A stretch of DNA of 13,608 nt from Silvanigrellaceae bacterium (GTDB lineage Bacteria; Bdellovibrionota_B; Oligoflexia; Silvanigrellales; Silvanigrellaceae), in assembly GCA_049423385.1 (NCBI GenBank), contig JBMSQQ010000092.1, positions 1 through 13,608 on the forward strand. Direction: 5' to 3'. The translations under genes and the position numbers were made by a program. A model generated the notes under the pieces. That model did no database searches, was not told the DNA's origin, and was given only the letters and a program-made list of their open reading frames with translations. Shown here one piece after another: positions 1 to 7,592 of this stretch. The number at the start of each line of letters is the position of its first letter. The stretch's first letter is position 1.

Positions 1-357
1 GGGGGTGACTTGGCTTCGACGGAGAGAGATGAACGTCAGGTGCATGCAGGGGTTGGTTACAGCGCTCCTTAAACCGTTGTGGCAGCCAGAAATGGCAATG
101 ATTACGCTCTCGCAGCCTAATTGATGGCAGCGCAGCGACCGACAGTGCGGCAGCACGTGCATTGCGGAAGCTGTAAAGTTACGTGCGGGTTTCGTTGAAT
201 CTTCTGTTCGTAGATTCACAAACCTATTAATCGGACTGGTTCCGTCACCGTGGGGGCCCTCAAGCACGGCGGAATAAGATTAGGAGAGGGAGACGCATGT
301 GGTCGCCGAGCGCAGATTCCTTTTCGGACCCGGGTTCGATTCCCGGCACCTCCACCA
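1..357 (+). ncRNA. ssrA: tmRNA (transfer-messenger RNA), one-piece
   Basis: 5' GGGGGTG (1-7) pairs with CACCTCC (347-353), including the alanine-identity G3.U wobble. Discriminator A354, encoded CCA 355-357, T-arm CCGGG-TTCGATT-CCCGG (330-346), GGCTTCGAC D-loop-like motif, and an internal tag ORF ending YALAA-stop. Confidence 0.98.
94..120 (+). other. tmRNA proteolysis tag reading frame, (A)GNDYALAA*
   Basis: GGC AAT GAT TAC GCT CTC GCA GCC TAA. The C-terminal YALAA is the canonical ClpXP degron. The resume codon is inferred from the A-rich AGAAAT context immediately upstream. Confidence 0.85.
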
Positions 358-359
358 TT

Positions 360-380
360 TTTCGGGCATTTCGCCTGAAA
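360..380 (+). terminator. Hairpin immediately 3' of tmRNA (possible terminator or processing signal)
   Basis: TTTCGGGC-ATTTC-GCCTGAAA, an 8-bp stem with one G.U pair. There is no clear U-tract after it. Confidence 0.4.
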
Positions 381-563
381 GAAGATAAAATATTCGCAAA
401 CGTGTCTCGATTACTCTCTGGTCTTGTCTCTCTTCCTGTGAGTCAACGCCGAGTGTCATCTTTTTCAAAGACTAAATAGGCATTCGAAAAAACTGTGGGT
501 TGAGGTCAGAAAAAACTCAATGCTTCTTTTTTCGCTGGACGATTTCGATGAAAAATCTTGCAC

Positions 564-584
564 CAATCATTGAGCAAATGATTG
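564..584. terminator. Inverted repeat just downstream of the SH3-repeat gene stop
   Basis: CAATCATT-gagca-AATGATTG, perfect 8-bp arms about 10 nt past the stop at 594. It is AT-rich and lacks an adjacent U-tract. Confidence 0.3.
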
Positions 585-593
585 ATTGAATGA

Positions 594-2108
594 CTAGCTT
601 TCGGACTTGACGAGCGCTGGCTTACTGTTCGCAATCGCGATCATGCGCCTGAGAATGGAACGAGCGTTGCTGTCAGAGAATAGAAACGATTGATGTGCAG
701 CAAAAAGAGTTGTCAATTCCTCGCGCCGAGCGGCGTGAATATCAACTATTTCAAAAAACGATGACAAAAATTCACCATTCCTGCGAACCAGTTCTATCCT
801 GAGCGTCTCTCTATTGAGCGCTATGAAATCGATGGCTTGAGCGTTTCGCTCATCGAGTCCGGCAACTGCAATTGTTGTGCCGATGGTTGATGCACTGCAG
901 AGACCAACTGTCGAATAGATGGGGCCATGGTCTAATCTTCCCCCTCTGAATATTGCTGGCAGAATTGCAGGTCCCCAGAGTGGCGCAGTACCAAGGACAC
1001 ATGGAGCAAAGGTCGTGCTCAGAAGTTCCTCGAAGTTAAATGGCCGAAAAGATTTTTCGTCTGTGGTGTCATTGGTGCTCTTCGATGTTTCCTTATTTAT
1101 CAGTGTCTTCCACTGAATATTTTTTGATCTTACGTAACCAACCGACTCGCCAATTTTTACTTTTGTGTATGACTCTCTGGGGTGATTCAGACCCCTGAAT
1201 TTATCAGTCACCGTAACCTTTTTGAGAACCTTTGCATCTACATGTGGAGCTTTCTTTAGTTGAACTTCTTCGCTGAATACAGCCCTTTTTGGCGTAAAAC
1301 TCCATTCAAAGTTTATTGAGTTGTGATCTAGATATCCAATTGTCTCGTCAACTTTAACTTTTCGATACAAAGTGGAATTTGCGTCAACAACTTGAGGCTG
1401 AATTTCGATTTTATCCCCAGACTTAATTTTCCGATTGAAATGTAAGAAGTTGTCGACGTATTCGATTGTATTTGATGTCGATAGTAATCCAACCGAACGT
1501 GACGCCAAATCGGGCTGACTTAATAATTCGGTGGTGGAATGCACCCGCAACTCCCCATCAATGGTACTCAGTTTATGCGAAGGGATGAAGCCAGTGTTTT
1601 TAAAATTGAATTTCCGATACACCACATTGGACGCGTCGGTCTTGCTGATTTTGACTTTCCGAAAAACGTGTTTGAAACCGTCGAGCACTTCAACATCCGA
1701 AAATTTCGGCAAGCTCTTGAGTGTCTTTGAACTTACTTGAGGGGAACTCTTCAACTCTGTGTTGGTCGAAGTGTGATACAACGGTTCGAGGTTTTCCCAT
1801 TTTATGCTGTAACCTTTTTCAAGATATCCTTCTATTCCATCAATTGCTACCTTGTCGAATTCAGTTAAACGGTTGTCGAGGATTTCAACCAGAGTATCTT
1901 GCGGAAAACGACCGATTGTCTTGGCATCATCATATGGTTCGTTCTTCAAATCCGTATTTTCGAGAGTCGCTTTCATCAGCCCTTTGACTTCGGCAGCTAC
2001 ATCGTCTGCGCGTGCGGTTGAAATGAAGCTTAAAAATAAAGTGACCTTGAGAAGGATTGTATGAACATATGGCCCCCTGATGAATCCAAATGAAAACTTG
2101 GTGCGCAT
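594..2108 (-). CDS. Exported protein with about four bacterial SH3 (SH3b)-like repeats and a C-terminal DUF3015-like domain (504 aa)
   Basis: Start moved to ATG 2108 (GGAGAG SD upstream); signal peptide ending ISTARA|DD. Four repeats of the pattern L-K-x-x-P-x3-(A/S)-K...(F/Y)-x-K-V...G-(Y/F)-(L/V/I). The C-terminal FIALNRETLRIELVRRNGEFLSSF resembles the DUF3015 'FI..N...L..D.A.G.GE.L' motif. Confidence 0.75.
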   Translation of the reverse strand: MRTKFSFGFIRGPYVHTILLKVTLFLSFISTARADDVAAEVKGLMKATLENTDLKNEPYDDAKTIGRFPQDTLVEILDNRLTEFDKVAIDGIEGYLEKGYSIKWENLEPLYHTSTNTELKSSPQVSSKTLKSLPKFSDVEVLDGFKHVFRKVKISKTDASNVVYRKFNFKNTGFIPSHKLSTIDGELRVHSTTELLSQPDLASRSVGLLSTSNTIEYVDNFLHFNRKIKSGDKIEIQPQVVDANSTLYRKVKVDETIGYLDHNSINFEWSFTPKRAVFSEEVQLKKAPHVDAKVLKKVTVTDKFRGLNHPRESYTKVKIGESVGYVRSKNIQWKTLINKETSKSTNDTTDEKSFRPFNFEELLSTTFAPCVLGTAPLWGPAILPAIFRGGRLDHGPIYSTVGLCSASTIGTTIAVAGLDERNAQAIDFIALNRETLRIELVRRNGEFLSSFFEIVDIHAARREELTTLFAAHQSFLFSDSNARSILRRMIAIANSKPALVKSES

Positions 2109-2375
2109 TAATACTCTCCGTTTTGATTCAGTGAGCAGTTCTAACACTCCACCGCGCAAAAATATAATTTTGTCTTCATCAAAAAGACCAGGTGGAAAAA
2201 ACGCGCACATAAAATCCGCTGAGCTGCGCTATGAAATCGAGCGTTTGCCATTGACGTCCTGCAATGCAGTCAATGCAAATCGCTGGAAATGTGTTACCTT
2301 GGATGGCAAGAGACTCTGGAGAAATTGGCACGCTTGATTGAACCAGAAATCATTCAGTAACAAAGGCAATGAGCT

Positions 2376-2714
2376 TCATGCCTTTTTTACGAATTCAGAT
2401 TTCAACTTCATTGCTCCAAAGCCATCAATCTTGCAGTCGATGTTGTGATCACCCTCAACCAATCTAATTCCCTTTACCTTCGTCCCAACCTTGACAACCA
2501 AAGAGGAACCCTTGACCTTCAAGTCCTTGATTAAGGTCACCGAGTCGCCATCGGCCAAAACTGTTCCATAAGCGTCCCGAACCAAATCGTCCCGTGAGGA
2601 GGAATTCTCGGCAACCGCAGCCGACCACTCGTGCGCGCATTCAGGACACACCAAAAGATCACCATCTTCATAAACAAATTGAGACTGGCAATGAGGACAT
2701 GGAGGTAAGCTCAT
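2376..2714 (-). CDS. yjdM: Zinc-ribbon protein YjdM (PhnA family)
   Basis: LPPCPHC...[15 protein letters not shown] zinc ribbon plus [20 protein letters not shown]...[45 protein letters not shown] 2717 is an alternative start. Confidence 0.96.
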   Translation of the reverse strand: MSLPPCPHCQSQFVYEDGDLLVCPECAHEWSAAVAENSSSRDDLVRDAYGTVLADGDSVTLIKDLKVKGSSLVVKVGTKVKGIRLVEGDHNIDCKIDGFGAMKLKSEFVKKA

Positions 2715-2763
2715 CAATAGGAGTTCCTTTTCTGACTTGCCTCAGTATACACTGACCACCGAG

Positions 2764-3012
2764 TTACTTTCCAGCCTCTATCTTCTCACCATTTGAGTAC
2801 TGACCGTGAATGCGGAACCAATCCTCAGCCGCCAGCGCATCGGGCACGACCTTCTTGAAATCATCTGGGGTGCCACGGGGTCCTTTTCGAACTTCATTCA
2901 CTGCCCAAAAGCTTTCGCTCAACAAGGTGGCCACTTCTTGGGCCCACCGATCACAAAAGAAGAGGCAAAAATGAAAGGAACCGAGGCGCTCGCACGGGGA
3001 GTCCCGAGGCAC
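2764..3012 (-). CDS. Doubtful hypothetical protein or gene remnant (82 aa)
   Basis: Fills part of the gap, is co-directional with yjdM and has a protein-like C-terminus (DDFKKVVPDALAAEDWFRIHG). It has no SD and no recognisable family; the frame stays open to 3135 without a better start. Confidence 0.25.
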   Translation of the reverse strand: MPRDSPCERLGSFHFCLFFCDRWAQEVATLLSESFWAVNEVRKGPRGTPDDFKKVVPDALAAEDWFRIHGQYSNGEKIEAGK

Positions 3013-3165
3013 GCAGTGTGGTTGAGATGGCGAGCGGAAACCGCAGATGCTGCGGATTCGGAATAGCGGGTTTGGGAAATTGGGATGGATTGCCGCTCGA
3101 AGTTGAAGAGAAGTTCTTGTGAATGAGGACCTTGGTCATCGAGGTTTCGGATGACAGTCTTGACT

Positions 3166-3194
3166 TTGCCTCCCATTCGATTCGAAATTAGAAT
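3166..3194 (+). promoter_or_regulatory. Candidate sigma-70 promoter for the lipoprotein at 3259
   Basis: TTGCCT (3166-3171)-N17-TAGAAT (3189-3194). Confidence 0.5.
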
Positions 3195-3258
3195 CAGTTG
3201 TGCTGACATGCGCGGGGTTTTGGGACCGATTTTTTGCACCTGTGGCGGGAGGTTAACT

Positions 3259-3576
3259 ATGCTATTTAGGGTTATTGGATGTGTTGTATTGTTCACGTTG
3301 ATGAATGCATGCGGGAAAGCAAGCAACAGCTGCAGTTGGGAGGTCAAGGATGCATCGAGCAATGCCACTTTGACGAGTGGCTCGAATACAACGGAAGGCG
3401 ACGATCAATTTTGTCGCTCACTGGCAGAGGGTGAGATAAACCGTTTCTGCACAGGTTCAAAAAGTCAAACCACGATCAATACAACTTTTGAGTGGAAAGG
3501 TGAGAGCGGAATCTTTTCAAAGCAGCCACTGGTGAGTGGTACTCTTCATTCAAACAAAAGTTGTGGCTCGCCGTGA
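3259..3576 (+). CDS. Small Cys-rich hypothetical lipoprotein (105 aa)
   Basis: Strong GGGAGG SD before ATG 3259; MLFRVIGCVVLFTLMNA|C lipobox; four further Cys in the mature part. Confidence 0.8.
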   Translation: MLFRVIGCVVLFTLMNACGKASNSCSWEVKDASSNATLTSGSNTTEGDDQFCRSLAEGEINRFCTGSKSQTTINTTFEWKGESGIFSKQPLVSGTLHSNKSCGSP

Positions 3577-3620
3577 ACTGCTTTCCCTCATGCCCTGTTG
3601 CTTCAAAAAAGCAAAAAAAT

Positions 3621-4688
3621 TCAGGGATAGTCCGTGTAGCCCTTTTCATCTGCGGTATAGAAAGTGTTTTGGTCCGCAGGTGTCAATTCAATGCCCGATT
3701 TGAGTTTTTCCACAAGATTCGGGTTGGAAATAAAAGGGCGTCCAAATGCGATGAGATCGCCTGCCTCGGAGCTGAGGTCGGCCTCGGCACGAGTGCGATC
3801 GTACCCACCGGATAGAATAAGAGTTCCTCGGAAATTCTTGCGGATGTTTGCCTTGAGTTCATCGCTCACCTTGGGTGCGCCCATCGAACTGTGATCAACA
3901 AGATGTATGTAGGCAATACGCAACGCACTCAGTTCTTTCGCCAAATGGATATAAAGTTCATCCATGTTCGCGTCCGGGCTCATGCCATTGAACACGCCAT
4001 GAGGCGACAATCGTATGCCAACCTTGGAGTGTCCAATTGCGTTGACTGCGGCCTTCACAACTTCAAGTGCGAAATGTGCCCGGTGTTTGACGGATCCACC
4101 CCAGGCATCTTTGCGTAGATTCGAGGCTGTGTTGAGAAATTGGTCGATGAGATAGCCATTGGCTCCGTGCAGTTCCACACCATCGAAGCCAGCTTCGACA
4201 GCGAGCTTGCAGGCGTGTGCGTATTCTCCAATTGCGATCTTGATATCATTTTCTGTCATCTCGCGCGGAACTGGAAATTCCTGTGGGCCTTGGGCGTCTG
4301 TCCACATGGTTCCTGGAGCTGCGGTTGGCGATGGAGCCATGAGGCGCGCGCCCTCTGGCAAGTTGAGAGGATGGCCGACCCGACCACAATGCATCAGCTG
4401 TGCAAAAATTTTGCTCCCATGCTTGTGCACAGTTTGGGTGGTGAGTTTCCATCCTTCAACGTGTGCGTGATTGAACAGACCCGGGATGCGTGCGTATCCC
4501 AATCCATTGGGAGAAGGCGATGTTCCTTCGGTGATGATTAATCCGGCACCTGATCGTTGTTCGTAGTATTTTGCCATGAGCGGATTTGGCGTATTGCCAA
4601 TCGCACGACACCGGGTGAGCGGACACATCACGACGCGATTCTTCAATTTGAGATTGGCAAGCATGGTGGCTTCAAACAATGTGGTCAT
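3621..4688 (-). CDS. nemA: Alkene reductase, old yellow enzyme family (NemA/XenB-like, FMN-dependent)
   Basis: LKNRVVM.PLTR.RA, YY.QR..AGLIITEGT, QLMHCGRVGH, AGFDGVELHGANGYLIDQFL, N.R.D.WGGS, DLIAFGRPFISNP.L and FY....KGYTDYP. GAGGAG SD before ATG 4688. Confidence 0.95.
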   Translation of the reverse strand: MTTLFEATMLANLKLKNRVVMCPLTRCRAIGNTPNPLMAKYYEQRSGAGLIITEGTSPSPNGLGYARIPGLFNHAHVEGWKLTTQTVHKHGSKIFAQLMHCGRVGHPLNLPEGARLMAPSPTAAPGTMWTDAQGPQEFPVPREMTENDIKIAIGEYAHACKLAVEAGFDGVELHGANGYLIDQFLNTASNLRKDAWGGSVKHRAHFALEVVKAAVNAIGHSKVGIRLSPHGVFNGMSPDANMDELYIHLAKELSALRIAYIHLVDHSSMGAPKVSDELKANIRKNFRGTLILSGGYDRTRAEADLSSEAGDLIAFGRPFISNPNLVEKLKSGIELTPADQNTFYTADEKGYTDYP

Positions 4689-4890
4689 GTGTCGGCTCCT
4701 CATTCATCGGTTTTATTCAATGCCGGTCGGGCGCGAAGTTATCTTGAATCTCCTGAAATGACCAACACAGGTGTAATTATCTTTCGGAAGTTTCATTGGT
4801 TCAATTGCCTTTCGGGCGAATTCGGTGCAAGTATAACGCGAAATTCATGGATTTTATGATTCCAATCTTTTTATTCCGGAGAGCAGCACC

Positions 4891-5382
4891 ATGGCAACAG
4901 AATCGGTTCATTCACACTCCGTGAAGGCGATCAATGGGGAGATGGTTTCTTTGTCCCAATACAAGGGCAAGGTTCTTGTTGTTGTGAATGTTGCAAGCAA
5001 GTGCGGCTTCACGCCGCAGTACAAAGGCCTTCAGGCACTGTTCGAAAAATACAATTCCAAAGGCCTGGTTGTTTTGGGTTTTCCATGCAACCAATTTGGA
5101 TTTCAGGAGCCTGGAAACGAGGAAGACATCAAAAATTTCTGCTCGTTGAATTACAACGTGACGTTTCCGATGTTCGCAAAGGTCGACGTCAATGGGCCAG
5201 AGGCTGATCCCTTTTATTCCTTTTTGAAGAAATCGGAACCGGGAATCCTCGGGAGTGAAAACATCAAGTGGAACTTTACCAAGTTTCTGGTCGATAAAGA
5301 GGGTAACGTTCTGCGCCGCTATGCACCCACCGTTTCACCCGAAAAGATGGAAGCAGATATTCTTGCTGCTCTTGAAAAGTGA
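4891..5382 (+). CDS. gpx: Cys-type glutathione peroxidase (BtuE/BsaA family; likely thioredoxin-dependent)
   Basis: [12 protein letters not shown] (peroxidatic Cys), [16 protein letters not shown] resolving Cys and [18 protein letters not shown]. Confidence 0.97.
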   Translation: MATESVHSHSVKAINGEMVSLSQYKGKVLVVVNVASKCGFTPQYKGLQALFEKYNSKGLVVLGFPCNQFGFQEPGNEEDIKNFCSLNYNVTFPMFAKVDVNGPEADPFYSFLKKSEPGILGSENIKWNFTKFLVDKEGNVLRRYAPTVSPEKMEADILAALEK

Positions 5383-5417
5383 TGGACTTTGCGAGATCAG
5401 TTTGAAATGTTGGCATT

Positions 5418-6218
5418 CTAGTCTTCTTGCAGGAAGGGTGGATTCAGCGTTTGACCAACCTGTGAGATTTCCCATCCGCCGTCTGGCAAGATTTCCACAA
5501 TGCGTCTCATGCTAGTGCCTTTCGGTGAAGGCTCGATGAAGCGGATTGAATTATCTGATGGCTGTGCCGTAACGGCGCCAGTCAACTCGATGGATTTCTC
5601 CTCATTGAGACTGTCGAGATTCATGCGGACAATCCGGGTTTGATAAATGTTTTCAGTATATGAAGGCATTTCATAGCACTCGTTGTTGCGTGTGGCAGGA
5701 TGAAAGATGCTCGAGAGTGTTGTTGTTGAGACAATCACAAGGCTGTTTCCAACAACGCGGGCACCGGCAATTTCGTGTTCAACTTCCTTTTGTGAAATCT
5801 GCTGAGGTGCATCCGGAGCGCTGATGTCGAAGAGCGTGATGGATTTTTTTCCAACGACCAGCAGCTGCTGCCCGGAGATCAGAAGGAGTGAGTTGGATTC
5901 TTTCAAAGTGATGCGCTTTCCAGAGGGAAAGCTGTAAAGAAATGAGCTTTGGGAAAAAAAAGCGGCATCGTCGAGTTCCATGCGATCTTTTGCAACATTG
6001 AATGCGCTGACGTTTGGTTTTGGAAATGCAGGTGGCAAATAAGCGATATCTGGACAGGCTCTGGGAAGCTCATGTTCGACAATAATTCCTCGTCTCTTTT
6101 CATCTGGGTTGGGCTGACCCGCCTGGCTCGAGGTGAATTTCTGCAAATCGATCACGCCACAGCCTGTGAGTGTGCCGGCGAGCATTAGAAGGGCGATTTG
6201 TTTCATGCTGTTCTTCAT
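5418..6218 (-). CDS. Hypothetical lipoprotein with beta-propeller-like blades (266 aa)
   Basis: Lipobox LAGTLTG|C and GGGGGA SD. The segment LLVVG...ITLFDISAPDAPQQISQ.EVE..IAGARVVGNSLVIVS resembles secreted Beta_propel/LVIVD-type blades. Confidence 0.75.
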   Translation of the reverse strand: MKNSMKQIALLMLAGTLTGCGVIDLQKFTSSQAGQPNPDEKRRGIIVEHELPRACPDIAYLPPAFPKPNVSAFNVAKDRMELDDAAFFSQSSFLYSFPSGKRITLKESNSLLLISGQQLLVVGKKSITLFDISAPDAPQQISQKEVEHEIAGARVVGNSLVIVSTTTLSSIFHPATRNNECYEMPSYTENIYQTRIVRMNLDSLNEEKSIELTGAVTAQPSDNSIRFIEPSPKGTSMRRIVEILPDGGWEISQVGQTLNPPFLQED

Positions 6219-6260
6219 GGATCCCCCAAACGCGAGCGATTCTCAGTTCCAACAGTATTC

Positions 6261-6287
6261 TCATCGGATTTGTATATTTTTTCTTTA
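6261..6287 (-). promoter_or_regulatory. Candidate sigma-28 (FliA) promoter for the 5418-6218 lipoprotein
   Basis: Minus strand TAAAGAAA-N11-TCCGATGA versus consensus TAAAGTTT-N11-GCCGATAA, about 40 nt upstream of the ATG. Confidence 0.6.
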
Positions 6288-6503
6288 GAGAAAATTTGTT
6301 TTTAAATGGTGTTATTGATCACTGTTGAGTTTTTTGATTTGTATATTTGTATACGGATTCAAATCCTGCCTCTCCCGACTCTCCTGGTGTTTTGCTTTTC
6401 CGCAATTCATTCGGGTCGGACTCACCGGATCGATGTGCAATTTTTTATTGATTTTTATTTATATTTTCCAACAAAACACTAATAAGATTATAGAAAAAAT
6501 AAC

Positions 6504-6531
6504 TAAAGATTTGCATAAAAATTTCCGATAT
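6504..6531 (+). promoter_or_regulatory. Candidate sigma-28 (FliA) promoter for the esterase
   Basis: TAAAGATT-N12-TCCGATAT (spacer 1 nt longer than consensus), 47 nt upstream of ATG 6579. Confidence 0.55.
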
Positions 6532-6578
6532 GTCTTTCAACAAGGGCGGAAAGCCGCCCAGGTTCTGAGGAGGGATTC

Positions 6579-7583
6579 ATGAAAACGACTGCGATGCTTG
6601 TGATGACTCTCGCGTTGGGCGGACTTTCAACAACCCTGACGGCTTGTGGAAACAGCAAGGCGTACGCTGGCGACAGTGACTGGGTGTTCAAGCCGGATCC
6701 TGCAACCGAGGAAGAGCTTGCCCTTATCAAACTTTGCGGACGCCCTGCTCTTCCGAAAAAGCAGCTTATGAACGTTCAGTATCAGAATTTGCCAGGCGTT
6801 GATCCTCAACTGCAGTCCCTTGATATCTACATGCCGGCTGTTTTGAATCCGTGCCAAGGTGTTCCGGTTGTCATCTGGGTTCACGGTGGCGGATGGAAGA
6901 TTGGAGACAAGTCCAACATCAATCACAAGGCCGAATACTTCAATGGTTTGGGATATGCTTTTGTGAGCGTGAATTACAGATTGTCTCCCAAGGAGAATAG
7001 TTCAGATCCTGGCAGAACAAAGTTCCCCGACCATCCCAATGACGTTGGTGCTGCAGTTGCGTGGGTCAGCAAGAGCATCAAATCACACGGCGGAAACCCT
7101 GAAAAGTTGGCTTTGCTTGGACACTCGGCGGGAGCGCATCTTGCAGCACTGGTGGGCACCCAGCAATCCTACATCAGCAAAACCCACAACGAATGGAATC
7201 GTGACCATCTGCGCTGTGTTGGAAGTTACGACACTGAAGGCTACGATATCCCGCTGCTGATGAAGGACCCTGAAGTTGAACAGCGCGCCATGTACCTGAA
7301 TGCTTTTGGAGATGATCCTGCTGTGTGGGCAGTGGCTTCGCCCATCAACCATGTCCAGGTCAGGGGTCCCAAATTCCAACTTGTCAAAAGAGGTGACGCA
7401 CAACGTCATGCTCAGGTCGAAGGCTTCAAAAGCGAACTGCAAAAGAAGCTGAATTTTGTGACGGTGATCGACGGCAAAGGCTTGAGTCACAGTGACGTCA
7501 ACAGATTGATTGGTGCACCAGACGATCGTCGCATGACCCCATCTGTTACCGAATTCATGAAGAAAAGCTGCTTCCCAAAATGA
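6579..7583 (+). CDS. Alpha/beta hydrolase lipoprotein, HSL/family IV-like carboxylesterase
   Basis: Lipobox TLTA|C; LDIY.P, PVVIWVHGGGW..GDK oxyanion motif, VSVNYRLSP, LLGHSAGAHLA nucleophile elbow, ASPI.HV and a C-terminal His (LSHSDVN). GAGGAGGG SD. Confidence 0.93.
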   Translation: MKTTAMLVMTLALGGLSTTLTACGNSKAYAGDSDWVFKPDPATEEELALIKLCGRPALPKKQLMNVQYQNLPGVDPQLQSLDIYMPAVLNPCQGVPVVIWVHGGGWKIGDKSNINHKAEYFNGLGYAFVSVNYRLSPKENSSDPGRTKFPDHPNDVGAAVAWVSKSIKSHGGNPEKLALLGHSAGAHLAALVGTQQSYISKTHNEWNRDHLRCVGSYDTEGYDIPLLMKDPEVEQRAMYLNAFGDDPAVWAVASPINHVQVRGPKFQLVKRGDAQRHAQVEGFKSELQKKLNFVTVIDGKGLSHSDVNRLIGAPDDRRMTPSVTEFMKKSCFPK

Positions 7584-7592
7584 TGTTGGAGT

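Noticed and set aside
280..479. 62-aa and 60-aa ORFs overlapping tmRNA
   Set aside because: Shadow ORFs of the tRNA-like domain (WWRCRESNPGP is the typical antisense translation).
2326..2342. TGGCACG sigma-54-like -24 box
   Set aside because: No GC at -12 with correct spacing, and it points at the 3' end of a convergent gene.
2985..3065. Hammerhead-like (GAAA + stem) or TPP-like (GGGGAG...TGAGA) motif
   Set aside because: No CUGANGA core or correctly placed UH site for a hammerhead; no GAACCUGA/CGUAGGGA half for TPP.
3595..3620. TTGCTT/AAGCAA hairpin plus A-run between convergent genes
   Set aside because: The stem is weak and AT-rich, and no U-tract follows it on either strand.
4805..4837. 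TTGCCT...TATAAC as the gpx promoter
   Set aside because: The spacer is 21 nt; only the -10 is plausible.
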